Translations under genes and position numbers: made by a program | The notes under the pieces: generated by a model | Told to the model about the DNA's origin: nothing | What the model saw: the letters and a program-made list of their open reading frames with translations, nothing else | The model's database searches: none | Shown: positions 48,164 to 56,259 of the stretch, one piece after another | Layout of the letters: every line of letters starts with the position of its first letter | Position numbering within the stretch: the first letter of the stretch is position 1 | Assembly (NCBI GenBank): GCA_963764715.1 | Contig: CAVXTP010000017.1 | Coordinates: 65,524 to 129,523 of the forward strand | Reading direction: 5' to 3' | Origin: an uncultured Acidobacteriota bacterium | GTDB taxonomy: Bacteria > Acidobacteriota > Thermoanaerobaculia > UBA5066 > Gp7-AA6 | Length of the DNA stretch: 64,000 nucleotides

Positions 48164-49348
48164 ATGAAGACCTCAGTCGCAATCGTCGGGCGTCCCCGGA
48201 CCGTACGGGCCTCCGCCGTGGCGGGCTTCGCGCTCGTCCACGCCGCCGCCCTGGGCGTCATCGCCCTCGGCTTCTCCTGGCGGGGAGTCGCCCTGTGCGT
48301 GGCCTCCTATTACCTGCGGATGTTCGCGGTCACCGCGGGCTTCCACCGCTACTTCAGCCACCGGACGTTCCGCCTCGCCCGCGGGCCGCAGTTCCTGCTC
48401 GCCTTTCTCGGGCAGACCGCCGCCCAGAAGGGCGTTCTCTGGTGGGCCTCCAACCACCGCCATCACCACAAGTACTCGGACCGGCCCGAGGACATCCACA
48501 GTCCCCTCCAGCGCGGTCTCTGGTGGAGCCACATGGGCTGGATCCTGTCGCCGGACTACGTCGAGACCGACCTGTCCAGGGTCCCGGACCTGGCGAAGTA
48601 CCCGGAGCTCCGGTGGCTCGACCGGCACCAGTACGTCCCGACCGTCCTCTACGGCGTCGCGCTGGCCCTCGCGTTCGGCCCGGTGGGCCTCTTCTACGGT
48701 TACTTCCTCTCGACCGTCCTCCTGTGGCACGGCACGTTCTCGATCAACAGCCTCATGCACGTCTTCGGCCGCCGCGCCTTCGCGACGACCGACGACTCTC
48801 GCAACAGCTTCCTGCTCGCTCTCGTCACCATGGGCGAGGGCTGGCACAACAACCATCACTGGGCCCAGGGCTCGGCCGCGCAGGGGTTCCGCTGGTGGGA
48901 GATCGACGCGAGCTACTACCTCCTCTGGCTCGGAGAGAAGCTCGGCCTCGTGCACGAGCTGCACCGCCCGCCGCAGCGGTGGCGCGAGGCCGCGCTCGAG
49001 GCCGCCCGGACCGGGCGCGCCTTCACGTCGGCGAGACTCCACGTCGAGGTCAAGACCCTGACCGAGCGCTGGGCGAGAGATGCGCGCGTCCGTGCGTCTG
49101 ACGGCGCACGACGCGCTCGCCGAGCTCGAGGCGGCCCGGGTGCGCGCCGCGGTGCGGCTCGAGCACCTCCACGCCGAAGCCGCCGCCGCCGGCGCGCGGG
49201 CCGGCCGGCGTCTCGACGAGATCCACCGCGAGATCGAGAAGGCGCGCGCGATCCTCGTCGAGATCCTCCGGCGCCTCGTCGCGACCGCCGAGTCCCTGGG
49301 ACTGCCGGATCCCCAGACGGGATAGCCATGTCGCCCGGAGCCGCTTGA
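48164..49348 (+). CDS. Acyl-CoA (delta-9-type) fatty-acid desaturase, membrane-bound di-iron. The 3' end has an apparent frame switch after ~49075.
   Basis: Histidine boxes HRYFSH, HRHHH, HNNHH and typical TM segments. After ...LTERWAR the called frame becomes Arg/Pro/Gly-rich junk with poor GC3, while the +1 frame (49080..49325) is strongly coding. Confidence 0.75.
   Translation: MKTSVAIVGRPRTVRASAVAGFALVHAAALGVIALGFSWRGVALCVASYYLRMFAVTAGFHRYFSHRTFRLARGPQFLLAFLGQTAAQKGVLWWASNHRHHHKYSDRPEDIHSPLQRGLWWSHMGWILSPDYVETDLSRVPDLAKYPELRWLDRHQYVPTVLYGVALALAFGPVGLFYGYFLSTVLLWHGTFSINSLMHVFGRRAFATTDDSRNSFLLALVTMGEGWHNNHHWAQGSAAQGFRWWEIDASYYLLWLGEKLGLVHELHRPPQRWREAALEAARTGRAFTSARLHVEVKTLTERWARDARVRASDGARRARRARGGPGARRGAARAPPRRSRRRRRAGRPASRRDPPRDREGARDPRRDPPAPRRDRRVPGTAGSPDGIAMSPGAA
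49080..49325 (+). CDS. Small coiled-coil ORF (81 aa). It is either the true C-terminal tail of the desaturase, reached by a frameshift, or a separate small protein.
   Basis: Almost all third-codon positions are G/C and the amino-acid composition is balanced (MRASVRLTAHDALAELEAARV...IHREIEKARAILVEILRRL...). It overlaps the non-coding-looking tail of the desaturase frame. Confidence 0.4.
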   Translation: MRASVRLTAHDALAELEAARVRAAVRLEHLHAEAAAAGARAGRRLDEIHREIEKARAILVEILRRLVATAESLGLPDPQTG

Positions 49349-50595
49349 GTCGCATCGCCGTCATCGGCTCCGGGATCTCCGGTCTTTCCGCCGCGTACTT
49401 TCTGTCGCGCCGGCACTCCGTCACGCTCTTCGAGCGGGAGGAGCGCCTGGGCGGCCACACGCACACGCACCGGGTCCAGGCGCCCGAGGGCATCCTTCCC
49501 GTCGACACCGGGTTCATCGTCCACAACCCGCGCAACTACCCGAAGCTCTCGCGCCTCCTGCGCGAGCTCTCCGTCGAGACCCAGCCAAGCGACATGTCCT
49601 TCTCGGTTTCCTCCGGCGGGGACGGACCCGACTGGTCGAGCCGCGAGCCGCTCCGCCTCGCGCTTCGCTCGGCCAACCTCCTCGACCGCGCCTGGCGGGG
49701 CTTTCTCCCCGAGATCGCGCGGTTCAACCGCCGCGCGCCGTGCCTGCTCGACGAGCCTGCTCCCGATCGCCTGACGCTCTCCGAGTACCTGACGCGGGAG
49801 CGCTTCGGAAAGCGCTTCCGGGACCACTATCTCTACCCGCTCGCGGCCTCGGTCTGGTCGGCCTCGGCCGACCGGATGGACGACTTCCCCGCGGCGACGG
49901 TCGTGCGTTTCTTCAAGAACCACGGCTTCCTCGGATTCTTCACGCAGAGCCCGTGGCGGTCGATCCGCGGCGGAAGCGCCTCGTACATCCCGCCCCTGAC
50001 TGCCCCGTTCCGGGAGCGCATCCGCCTCGCGGCGCCGATCGAGCGGGTCGTGCGGGACGCGCGCGGCGTCACGGTCCGCGCGCGCGGCCTCGCCGACGAG
50101 CGCTTCGACGAGGTGGTCTTCGCCTGCCACGGCGACCAGGTGCTCCCGATGCTCGCCGACCCGACCCCCGCGGAGACGAGCGTCTTCTCCGTCTTCAAGA
50201 CGAGCGCGAACGAGGCCAGGCTCCACACCGACACTTCGGTGCTGCCCCGCCGGCGGCGGGCCTGGGCGTCGTGGAACTTCCGGCGGTCCAGGGCGCAGGA
50301 CGGCCGCCTCTCCGTCACGTACCACATGAACCGGCTCCAGGCGCTGCCGACCGCGACGGACTACTGCGTCAGCCTGAACGCGAACGGCGAGGTCGACTCT
50401 TCGCGCCTTCTCGCCCGCATGGAGTACCGCCATCCGCTTTTCACCCGCGAGTCCGCCGCGGCCCAGAGGCGCTGGGCCGAGGTGTCCGGAGTCTTCCGCA
50501 CCCACTACTGCGGGGCGTACTGGGGACACGGCTTCCACGAGGACGGGCTCGTCTCGGCCCTCGCCGTGGCCGGGCGCCTGGGAGTCGCCTGGTGA
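49345..50595 (+). CDS. FAD/NAD(P)-binding amine-oxidase-like oxidoreductase (cfa-cluster associated; UfaD-like fatty-acyl desaturase candidate)
   Basis: TTG start. N-terminal dinucleotide-binding motif IAVIGSGISGLSAAYFL...LFEREERLGGHTHT. About 416 aa. Confidence 0.8.
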   Translation: MSRIAVIGSGISGLSAAYFLSRRHSVTLFEREERLGGHTHTHRVQAPEGILPVDTGFIVHNPRNYPKLSRLLRELSVETQPSDMSFSVSSGGDGPDWSSREPLRLALRSANLLDRAWRGFLPEIARFNRRAPCLLDEPAPDRLTLSEYLTRERFGKRFRDHYLYPLAASVWSASADRMDDFPAATVVRFFKNHGFLGFFTQSPWRSIRGGSASYIPPLTAPFRERIRLAAPIERVVRDARGVTVRARGLADERFDEVVFACHGDQVLPMLADPTPAETSVFSVFKTSANEARLHTDTSVLPRRRRAWASWNFRRSRAQDGRLSVTYHMNRLQALPTATDYCVSLNANGEVDSSRLLARMEYRHPLFTRESAAAQRRWAEVSGVFRTHYCGAYWGHGFHEDGLVSALAVAGRLGVAW

Positions 50596-51374
50596 GCGCG
50601 GCGCTCCCCACGCCCGCCTTGTACCGTGGAACGCTCCGGCACCGCCGGTTCGCGCCGAAGCTCCACGCCTTCACCTATCCCGTCTTCATGGTCTTCCTGG
50701 ACGTCGACCGCATCGCGGAGCTCTCCCGCGTCTCGCCGTTTCTCTCGGTCAACCGCTGGAACTGGGCGAGCTTCGACGACCGCGACCACCTGGGCGCCCC
50801 GGGGCGCCGACTGCGCGACCGGCTCGCCGACAGCGCGGCCGAGCGGGGCCTGCGGCTTCCCGACGGGCCCATCTTCCTCCTCACGAACCTGCGCTATCTC
50901 GGATACTGTTTCAATCCGGTCTCGTACTTCTACTGCTACGACGGGGCCGGGGAGCTTTCGCTCGTGATGGCGGAAGTCAGCAACACGTTCGGGGAGATGC
51001 ACCCGTACTGGCTCGACGGATCCCTCGAGACCCGCACGGGCGCCGGCCGGCACTACGACTTCGACAAGGCCTTCCACGTGTCCCCGTTCATGCCGATGGA
51101 TTGCCGCTACCGGTTCGGGTTCACCGACCCCGGCGACTCGCTCGTCGTGCAGGTCTCCGAGTGGAGGGCCGCCGACCTGTTCTTCGACGCGACGCTCCGG
51201 CTCCAGCGCGAGCCGTGGGGCGCCGCGGCGCTGCATCGGGCGCTGTGGCGGCACCCGTGGATGACGCTGAAGGTGATCGCCGCGATTCACTGGCAGGCGC
51301 TGCGGCTCTGGGTCAAACGGGTTCCGGTCTTCACGCACCCGAAAAGACTCGACGGGAAGGAGGGCGCGCCATGA
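50592..51374 (+). CDS. DUF1365-family protein (cfa-cluster associated; UfaO-like candidate)
   Basis: The GTG at 50592 overlaps the upstream stop. ...YRGTLRHRRFAPKLHAFTYPVFMVFLDVD...LTNLRYLGYCFNPVSYFYCYD... is characteristic of DUF1365. Confidence 0.75.
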   Translation: MSAALPTPALYRGTLRHRRFAPKLHAFTYPVFMVFLDVDRIAELSRVSPFLSVNRWNWASFDDRDHLGAPGRRLRDRLADSAAERGLRLPDGPIFLLTNLRYLGYCFNPVSYFYCYDGAGELSLVMAEVSNTFGEMHPYWLDGSLETRTGAGRHYDFDKAFHVSPFMPMDCRYRFGFTDPGDSLVVQVSEWRAADLFFDATLRLQREPWGAAALHRALWRHPWMTLKVIAAIHWQALRLWVKRVPVFTHPKRLDGKEGAP

Positions 51375-52603
51375 GCGTTTCTCGCAATCTCTTCCTCCGC
51401 GGTCTCGAGCGGATCGCCGATGGCCGGCTCGAGGTGCGGCTTCCCGGCGGCCGCGTACGGGAGTTCGGCGACCCCGCCTCGGATCTCCACGCGACAGTCG
51501 AGATCCGCGACGAAGCGGCATTTGCCCGGTTCGTGTTCGGCGGCGACATCGCCTTCGGCGAGGCCTACGCGGAGGGGCTCTGGTCCTCGCCGGATCTGCC
51601 GTCGGTCGTGCGCCTGGCGGTCCGCAACATTGCCGCCTTCGACGCCGGCAACCGCGCGACCGCCGCCCTCTCGCGCTGGGCGGCGCGCCTGCGGCACTGG
51701 CTGCGCCGCAATACCGTCTCCGGCAGCCGCCTCAACATCTCGTATCACTACGACCTCGGGACCGACTTCTACTCGCTCTTCCTCGACCCGACGCTGACGT
51801 ACTCGTGCGGGCTCTTCGAGAGGCCGGGCCTCTCGCTCGAGGAGGCCCAGGTTGCGAAGTTCGACCGCATCGCGCAGATGCTCGAGCTCGCGCCGGGGGA
51901 CCGGCTCGTCGAGATCGGCTCGGGCTGGGGCTCCTTCGCTCTGCACGCCGCCCGCCGCTACGGCTGCCGGGTCACGACGACGACGATCAGCCGTTCCCAG
52001 TACGACCACGTCCGCGACCGGCTCGCTCGCGAGGACGGGGGCGGACAGGTAGAGCTCCTCTTCGAGGACTACCGCCAGCTGACCGGCCGGTATGACAAGG
52101 CCGTTTCGATCGAGATGTTCGAGGCGGTCGGCCTCGCCTATTACGACGACTACTTCCGCGCCGTCGACCGGCTGCTCGAGCCCGGCGGGACGATGCTGCT
52201 GCAGACGATCTGGATCAACGAGGAGCGGTTCCCGCGCTACCACGCCCAGCCCGACTTCATCCAGCGCCACGTCTTCCCCGGCAGCGAGCTCGCGTCGATC
52301 GGGCAAATCCGCCGGTCGCTCGCACGGGCCACGACGCTTTCCGTCGCCGCGCTCGAGGAGATCGGGCTCCACTACGTTTCGACGCTCACCGCCTGGCGCC
52401 AGGCCTTCCTCGCCCACCGCGACAGGGTCCGCGCCCTCGGCTTCCCCGAGACGTTCGTGCGCCTGTGGGACTACTACCTCGCCTACTGCCAGGGGGCGTT
52501 CGCGGAGCGGTACATCGGCGACGCGCAGATCCTCCTCGCGAAGGTGGCGGCGCCGGCCGGCCGGGCCGCGGTCCGCTCCGGGGCGGCGGGAGCGAAGGCG
52601 TGA
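51371..52603 (+). CDS. Cyclopropane-fatty-acyl-phospholipid synthase-family SAM-dependent methyltransferase (copy 1)
   Basis: ...YSCGLFE...LELAPGDRLVEIGSGWGSFALHAARRYGCRVTTTTIS..., the CFA synthase fold signature, and a C-terminal WDYYLAYCQGAF. Confidence 0.85.
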   Translation: MSVSRNLFLRGLERIADGRLEVRLPGGRVREFGDPASDLHATVEIRDEAAFARFVFGGDIAFGEAYAEGLWSSPDLPSVVRLAVRNIAAFDAGNRATAALSRWAARLRHWLRRNTVSGSRLNISYHYDLGTDFYSLFLDPTLTYSCGLFERPGLSLEEAQVAKFDRIAQMLELAPGDRLVEIGSGWGSFALHAARRYGCRVTTTTISRSQYDHVRDRLAREDGGGQVELLFEDYRQLTGRYDKAVSIEMFEAVGLAYYDDYFRAVDRLLEPGGTMLLQTIWINEERFPRYHAQPDFIQRHVFPGSELASIGQIRRSLARATTLSVAALEEIGLHYVSTLTAWRQAFLAHRDRVRALGFPETFVRLWDYYLAYCQGAFAERYIGDAQILLAKVAAPAGRAAVRSGAAGAKA

Positions 52604-52932
52604 AGACCGCGCTCATCGCCCTCTTCGGGGCCATCCTCGCCGGCATGCTCGCGGTCACCGGCTGGGCGAGCCTGCGCATCCCGATCTGGAAGGCGGGCCC
52701 GGACATCTCGGACCCCTGGTCGCTCGCGACGCTCGCCGACGCCTACGCCGGGTTCCTCACCTTCTTCGTCTGGGTCGCGTACCGGGAGTCGAAGCTCGCC
52801 GCCAGGGCCCTGTGGTTCGTCCTCATCATGGCCCTGGGCAACATCGCGATGTCGATCTATGTCCTTCGGGAGCTCCTGCAGCTCGCGCCGGGCGAGCCGC
52901 CCTCGCGCCTGCTCGAGAAGCGCCGCGCATGA
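52600..52932 (+). CDS. Small membrane protein (DUF1475-like), operon member
   Basis: The GTG overlaps the upstream stop. 110 aa with 3 TM segments. Confidence 0.45.
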   Translation: MKTALIALFGAILAGMLAVTGWASLRIPIWKAGPDISDPWSLATLADAYAGFLTFFVWVAYRESKLAARALWFVLIMALGNIAMSIYVLRELLQLAPGEPPSRLLEKRRA

Positions 52933-53447
52933 GCCTCCGGGAATTCCTCCGCTCGTGGATCGCCGCGCCGATCCGCGAGCAGCTCACGCAGGGCCTCTCG
53001 CCCGAAAAGATCGCCCTGACGATCGGCGTGGGCCTGGCGATCGCCGTCATCCCGGTCGTCGGCGTGACGACGGTCATGAGCTTCCTCGCCGCCTGGGCGC
53101 TCCGGCTCAACCAGCCCATCATCCAGACGATCAACTGGTCCTCGTATGCGCTCCAGCTGCTGATGATCTTCCCCTTCATCCGCCTGGGCGAGAAGCTCTT
53201 CCGCGCGCCGCGCCTCCGTCTCTCCCTCGACGAGCTCGTCGCGATGGGCAAGGCCGATCCTCTCGGGACGCTGTCGCGCCTCGGCTCGACGATCGGGCAC
53301 GCGGTCGTCGCCTGGGCGCTCGTCGCGCCGCTGATCGTGGCCGCCGCGTACTACGGGACCCGACCCGCGCTGCGCGCCCTGTCCCGCCGGCTCGCGCCGC
53401 CGGCCGCGAGGCCGGACGACGCCAGGGGAGTGGACGATGTGGCGTGA
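52929..53447 (+). CDS. DUF2062-family membrane protein, operon member
   Basis: The ATG overlaps the upstream stop. ...LSPEKIALTIGVGLAIAVIPVVGVTTVMSFLAAWALRLNQP... is typical of DUF2062. Confidence 0.55.
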   Translation: MSLREFLRSWIAAPIREQLTQGLSPEKIALTIGVGLAIAVIPVVGVTTVMSFLAAWALRLNQPIIQTINWSSYALQLLMIFPFIRLGEKLFRAPRLRLSLDELVAMGKADPLGTLSRLGSTIGHAVVAWALVAPLIVAAAYYGTRPALRALSRRLAPPAARPDDARGVDDVA

Positions 53448-54222
53448 GGCCGCCGCGCTCGCCCTCTGGGGCGCCCTCCTCGTGACGGCGGTCATGTTCG
53501 CCGCCTGGGCCGCGCACTTGAAGGCCCGGAACGCCGGCGTCGTCGACGTCGCCTGGTCGGCCAACATCGCGCTCCTCGCCGTGCTGTACGCGGCGCTGGG
53601 ACCGGGGCTTGTGCTGCGGCGCGTCCTCGTCGCGCTCATGGGCGGCGTCTCCGGCTTGCGTCTGGCATGGCACATCCACGCCCGCGGGCACGGCAAGCCC
53701 GAGGACGGCCGCTATGCGACCCTGCGAAAGGAGTGGGGCGGGAACGTCGAGGTGAAGTTCCTCTTCTTCTTCCTCTTCCAGGGACTCCTCGATCTCGTCC
53801 TCGGAATCCCGTTCCTCTTCGCCTCGCTCGACGAATCCGCTCCGGTCTCGCCTCTCGCATGGGCCGGCGTCGCGCTGTGGTGCGTCGCCGTCACCGGCGA
53901 GACGACGGCCGACCGGCAGCTCGAGCGTTTCAAGTCGGACCCGGCCAACAAGGGCCGGACGTGCCGCGCCGGCCTCTGGCGGTTCTCGCGCCACCCCAAT
54001 TACTTCTTCGAGTGGCTCGTGTGGGTCGCCTGGGCCGTCTTCGCGCTCGCCTCGCCCGGCGGGTGGCTCGCGCTCGTCTGCCCGGCCCTGATGCTGTTCT
54101 TCCTGCTGCGGGTCACCGGCATCCCCGCGACCGAAGCCCAGGCCCTGAAGTCCCGCGGCGACGACTACCGCGACTACCAGCGCACGACGTCGGCGTTCGT
54201 GCCGTGGCTCCCGAAAGCATGA
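53437..54222 (+). CDS. DUF1295 / steroid-5-alpha-reductase-ICMT-like membrane protein, operon member
   Basis: ...GLWRFSRHPNYFFEWLVWVAWAV... is the conserved C-terminal motif of the DUF1295/ICMT-like family. Confidence 0.7.
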   Translation: MWREAAALALWGALLVTAVMFAAWAAHLKARNAGVVDVAWSANIALLAVLYAALGPGLVLRRVLVALMGGVSGLRLAWHIHARGHGKPEDGRYATLRKEWGGNVEVKFLFFFLFQGLLDLVLGIPFLFASLDESAPVSPLAWAGVALWCVAVTGETTADRQLERFKSDPANKGRTCRAGLWRFSRHPNYFFEWLVWVAWAVFALASPGGWLALVCPALMLFFLLRVTGIPATEAQALKSRGDDYRDYQRTTSAFVPWLPKA

Positions 54223-55271
54223 GCGCCCGGGCGAAGCTCGAGATTCCGGCCGCGGGCCTCGTCGAGCGGGGCCTCGTCCCGGACGCCATCCTGCGCCTGG
54301 CGATCCGGCGCCTCCTCGCCGCGCGACTCCGCGAGGAAGACGCCGGAGACCCCGAGGCCGCGCGCCGCCGCACCGACGCGTTCGCCGCGAGGATGCGGGA
54401 GAGCCCGATCGCCATCGCGACTTCCGACGCCAACGCCCAGCACTACGAGGTCCCGCCGCGGCTCTTCGAGCTCGTCCTCGGGAAACGCATGAAGTACAGC
54501 TGCGGTCTCTACGAGAGCACGACGGTGACGCTCGACGAGGCCGAGGAGGCGATGCTCGCCCTGACGGGCGCCCGGGCGCAGCTCCAGGACGGCCAGGAGG
54601 TCCTCGAGCTCGGCTGCGGCTGGGGCTCGCTCACCCTCTGGATGGCGGAGCGGTTTCCGCGTTCCAGGATCACGGCCGTCTCCAACTCCCGCGACCAGCG
54701 CGGATTCATCGAGATGCGCGCCCGGGAGCGCGGCCTCTCGAACGTCACGATCGCGACGGCGGACATGAACGTGTTCGACCCCGGCCGGACGTTCGATCGG
54801 ATCGTGTCCGTCGAAATGTTCGAGCACATGCGCAACTGGCCGAAGCTGCTCGAGCGGATCGCCTTCTGGATGCGCCCCGACGCGCGTCTCTTCCTGCACG
54901 TCTTCTCCCACCGGGCGGTCGCCTACCCCTTCGACGTGCGGGACGCCTCCGACTGGATGGCGCGCGAATTCTTCACCGGGGGGCTCATGCCCTCCGACGA
55001 CCTGCTCGACCGGTTCCCGGACCACGTCCGGATCGAGGCGCGCTGGCAGGTCGACGGCACCCACTACCAGCGAACCGCCGAGGACTGGCTCGCGAACCTC
55101 GACGCCCGGCGCGACGAGGCCCTCGCGCTCTTCGCCGCGACGTACGGAGAGACCGAAGCGCGCGCGCGGCTCGCGGCCTGGCGCCTCTTCTTCCTCGCCT
55201 GCGCCGAGTGCTGGGGCTACCGCGGCGGAACGGAGTGGATCGTCTCGCACTACCGGCTGCGCCGGTCCTGA
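54219..55271 (+). CDS. Cyclopropane-fatty-acyl-phospholipid synthase-family SAM-dependent methyltransferase (copy 2)
   Basis: ...MKYSCGLYE...VLELGCGWGSLTLWMAERFPRSRITAVSNS... and a C-terminal ...WRLFFLACAECWGY. Confidence 0.85.
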   Translation: MSARAKLEIPAAGLVERGLVPDAILRLAIRRLLAARLREEDAGDPEAARRRTDAFAARMRESPIAIATSDANAQHYEVPPRLFELVLGKRMKYSCGLYESTTVTLDEAEEAMLALTGARAQLQDGQEVLELGCGWGSLTLWMAERFPRSRITAVSNSRDQRGFIEMRARERGLSNVTIATADMNVFDPGRTFDRIVSVEMFEHMRNWPKLLERIAFWMRPDARLFLHVFSHRAVAYPFDVRDASDWMAREFFTGGLMPSDDLLDRFPDHVRIEARWQVDGTHYQRTAEDWLANLDARRDEALALFAATYGETEARARLAAWRLFFLACAECWGYRGGTEWIVSHYRLRRS

Positions 55272-55288
55272 GGTAGCCTGCCCGGAGA

Positions 55289-56206
55289 GTGAACCTCCCC
55301 ACGCCGCTCGAGGCGGCGCCGGCGGAGCTCGCCGGCGGCCGGCCCCTGGACTTGAAGCGCGAGGACGCGCACGAGCTCGGCGCGTTCAAGTGGCGCGGAG
55401 CGCTGCCCACGGTCGAGGCGTACAAGCGGCAGGGCGCCTCGGCCGTCGTCACCGCCTCGACCGGGAACCACGGGGCCGCGGTCGCCTGGGCCTCGCGGCG
55501 GCTGGGCCTGCGCGCGATGGTCTACGCGCCCGCGGGCGCTTCGCTCGCGAAGCTCGCGCTGATCGACTCGCTCGGCGCCGAGATCCGGCTCATCGGCACC
55601 GACCTCGACTTCGCCAAGGACGAGGGCAAGCGCTTCGCGGCCGAAGCCCGGCTTCCCTTCTTCGAGGACGGCGTCGAGCCCACGCAGTACCAGGGATACG
55701 GGGCGATCGCCGACGAGATCCTCGACCAGGGCACAGAGCCGCCGGCCGCCGTCGTCGTGCCGGTCGGCAACGGCGCGCTGATCGGCGGGATCGGCCGGAC
55801 CCTGAAGCGCCGCTCCCCCGCGACGTCCCTCGTCGGCGTCGCCGCGAAGGAGGCGCCGGTCATGGCGCTGTCCCACCGGGCGGGCCGCGCCGTCGAGAGC
55901 GACCGCATGGGGACCTTCGCCGACGGCCTCGCGGTCCGCGTCGCGATCCCCGAGGCGGTCGAGCTCGTCAACGGGGTCGTCGACCGGATGCTCCTGGTGT
56001 CCGAGCGGTCCATGGCGGAAGCGATCGGCGCGTTTCACCGTGCCGGAATTCGCGCCGAGGGCGCCGCCGCCGCGGGCCTCGCCGCGCTGCCTCAGCTTCC
56101 GCTTCCGGTCGACGTGGGACGGATCGTCCTCGTCGTCACCGGCCGCAACATCGACGAGGCTCTCCACCGCCGCGCCGTCGAGGACCCCGGCTCCTTCCCG
56201 GACTGA
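55289..56206 (+). CDS. PLP-dependent (tryptophan-synthase-beta-fold, PALP) enzyme, threonine/serine dehydratase-like
   Basis: GTG start. ...EDAHELGAFKWRGALPTV...VTASTGNHGAAVAWA... (PLP lysine in FKWRG, glycine-rich loop). Confidence 0.7.
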   Translation: MNLPTPLEAAPAELAGGRPLDLKREDAHELGAFKWRGALPTVEAYKRQGASAVVTASTGNHGAAVAWASRRLGLRAMVYAPAGASLAKLALIDSLGAEIRLIGTDLDFAKDEGKRFAAEARLPFFEDGVEPTQYQGYGAIADEILDQGTEPPAAVVVPVGNGALIGGIGRTLKRRSPATSLVGVAAKEAPVMALSHRAGRAVESDRMGTFADGLAVRVAIPEAVELVNGVVDRMLLVSERSMAEAIGAFHRAGIRAEGAAAAGLAALPQLPLPVDVGRIVLVVTGRNIDEALHRRAVEDPGSFPD

Positions 56207-56224
56207 GCCCGTCTTCGGCCCCGG

Positions 56225-56259
56225 CTTACTGCTTACCGCTTACCGCTTACCGCTTACTG
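56225..56259. repeat. Heptanucleotide tandem repeat array (CTTACYG)x5, inverted partner of the array at 59375-59438
   Basis: cttactg cttaccg cttaccg cttaccg cttactg, in the gap between two convergent genes. The last unit overlaps the amidase stop codon. Confidence 0.9.
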
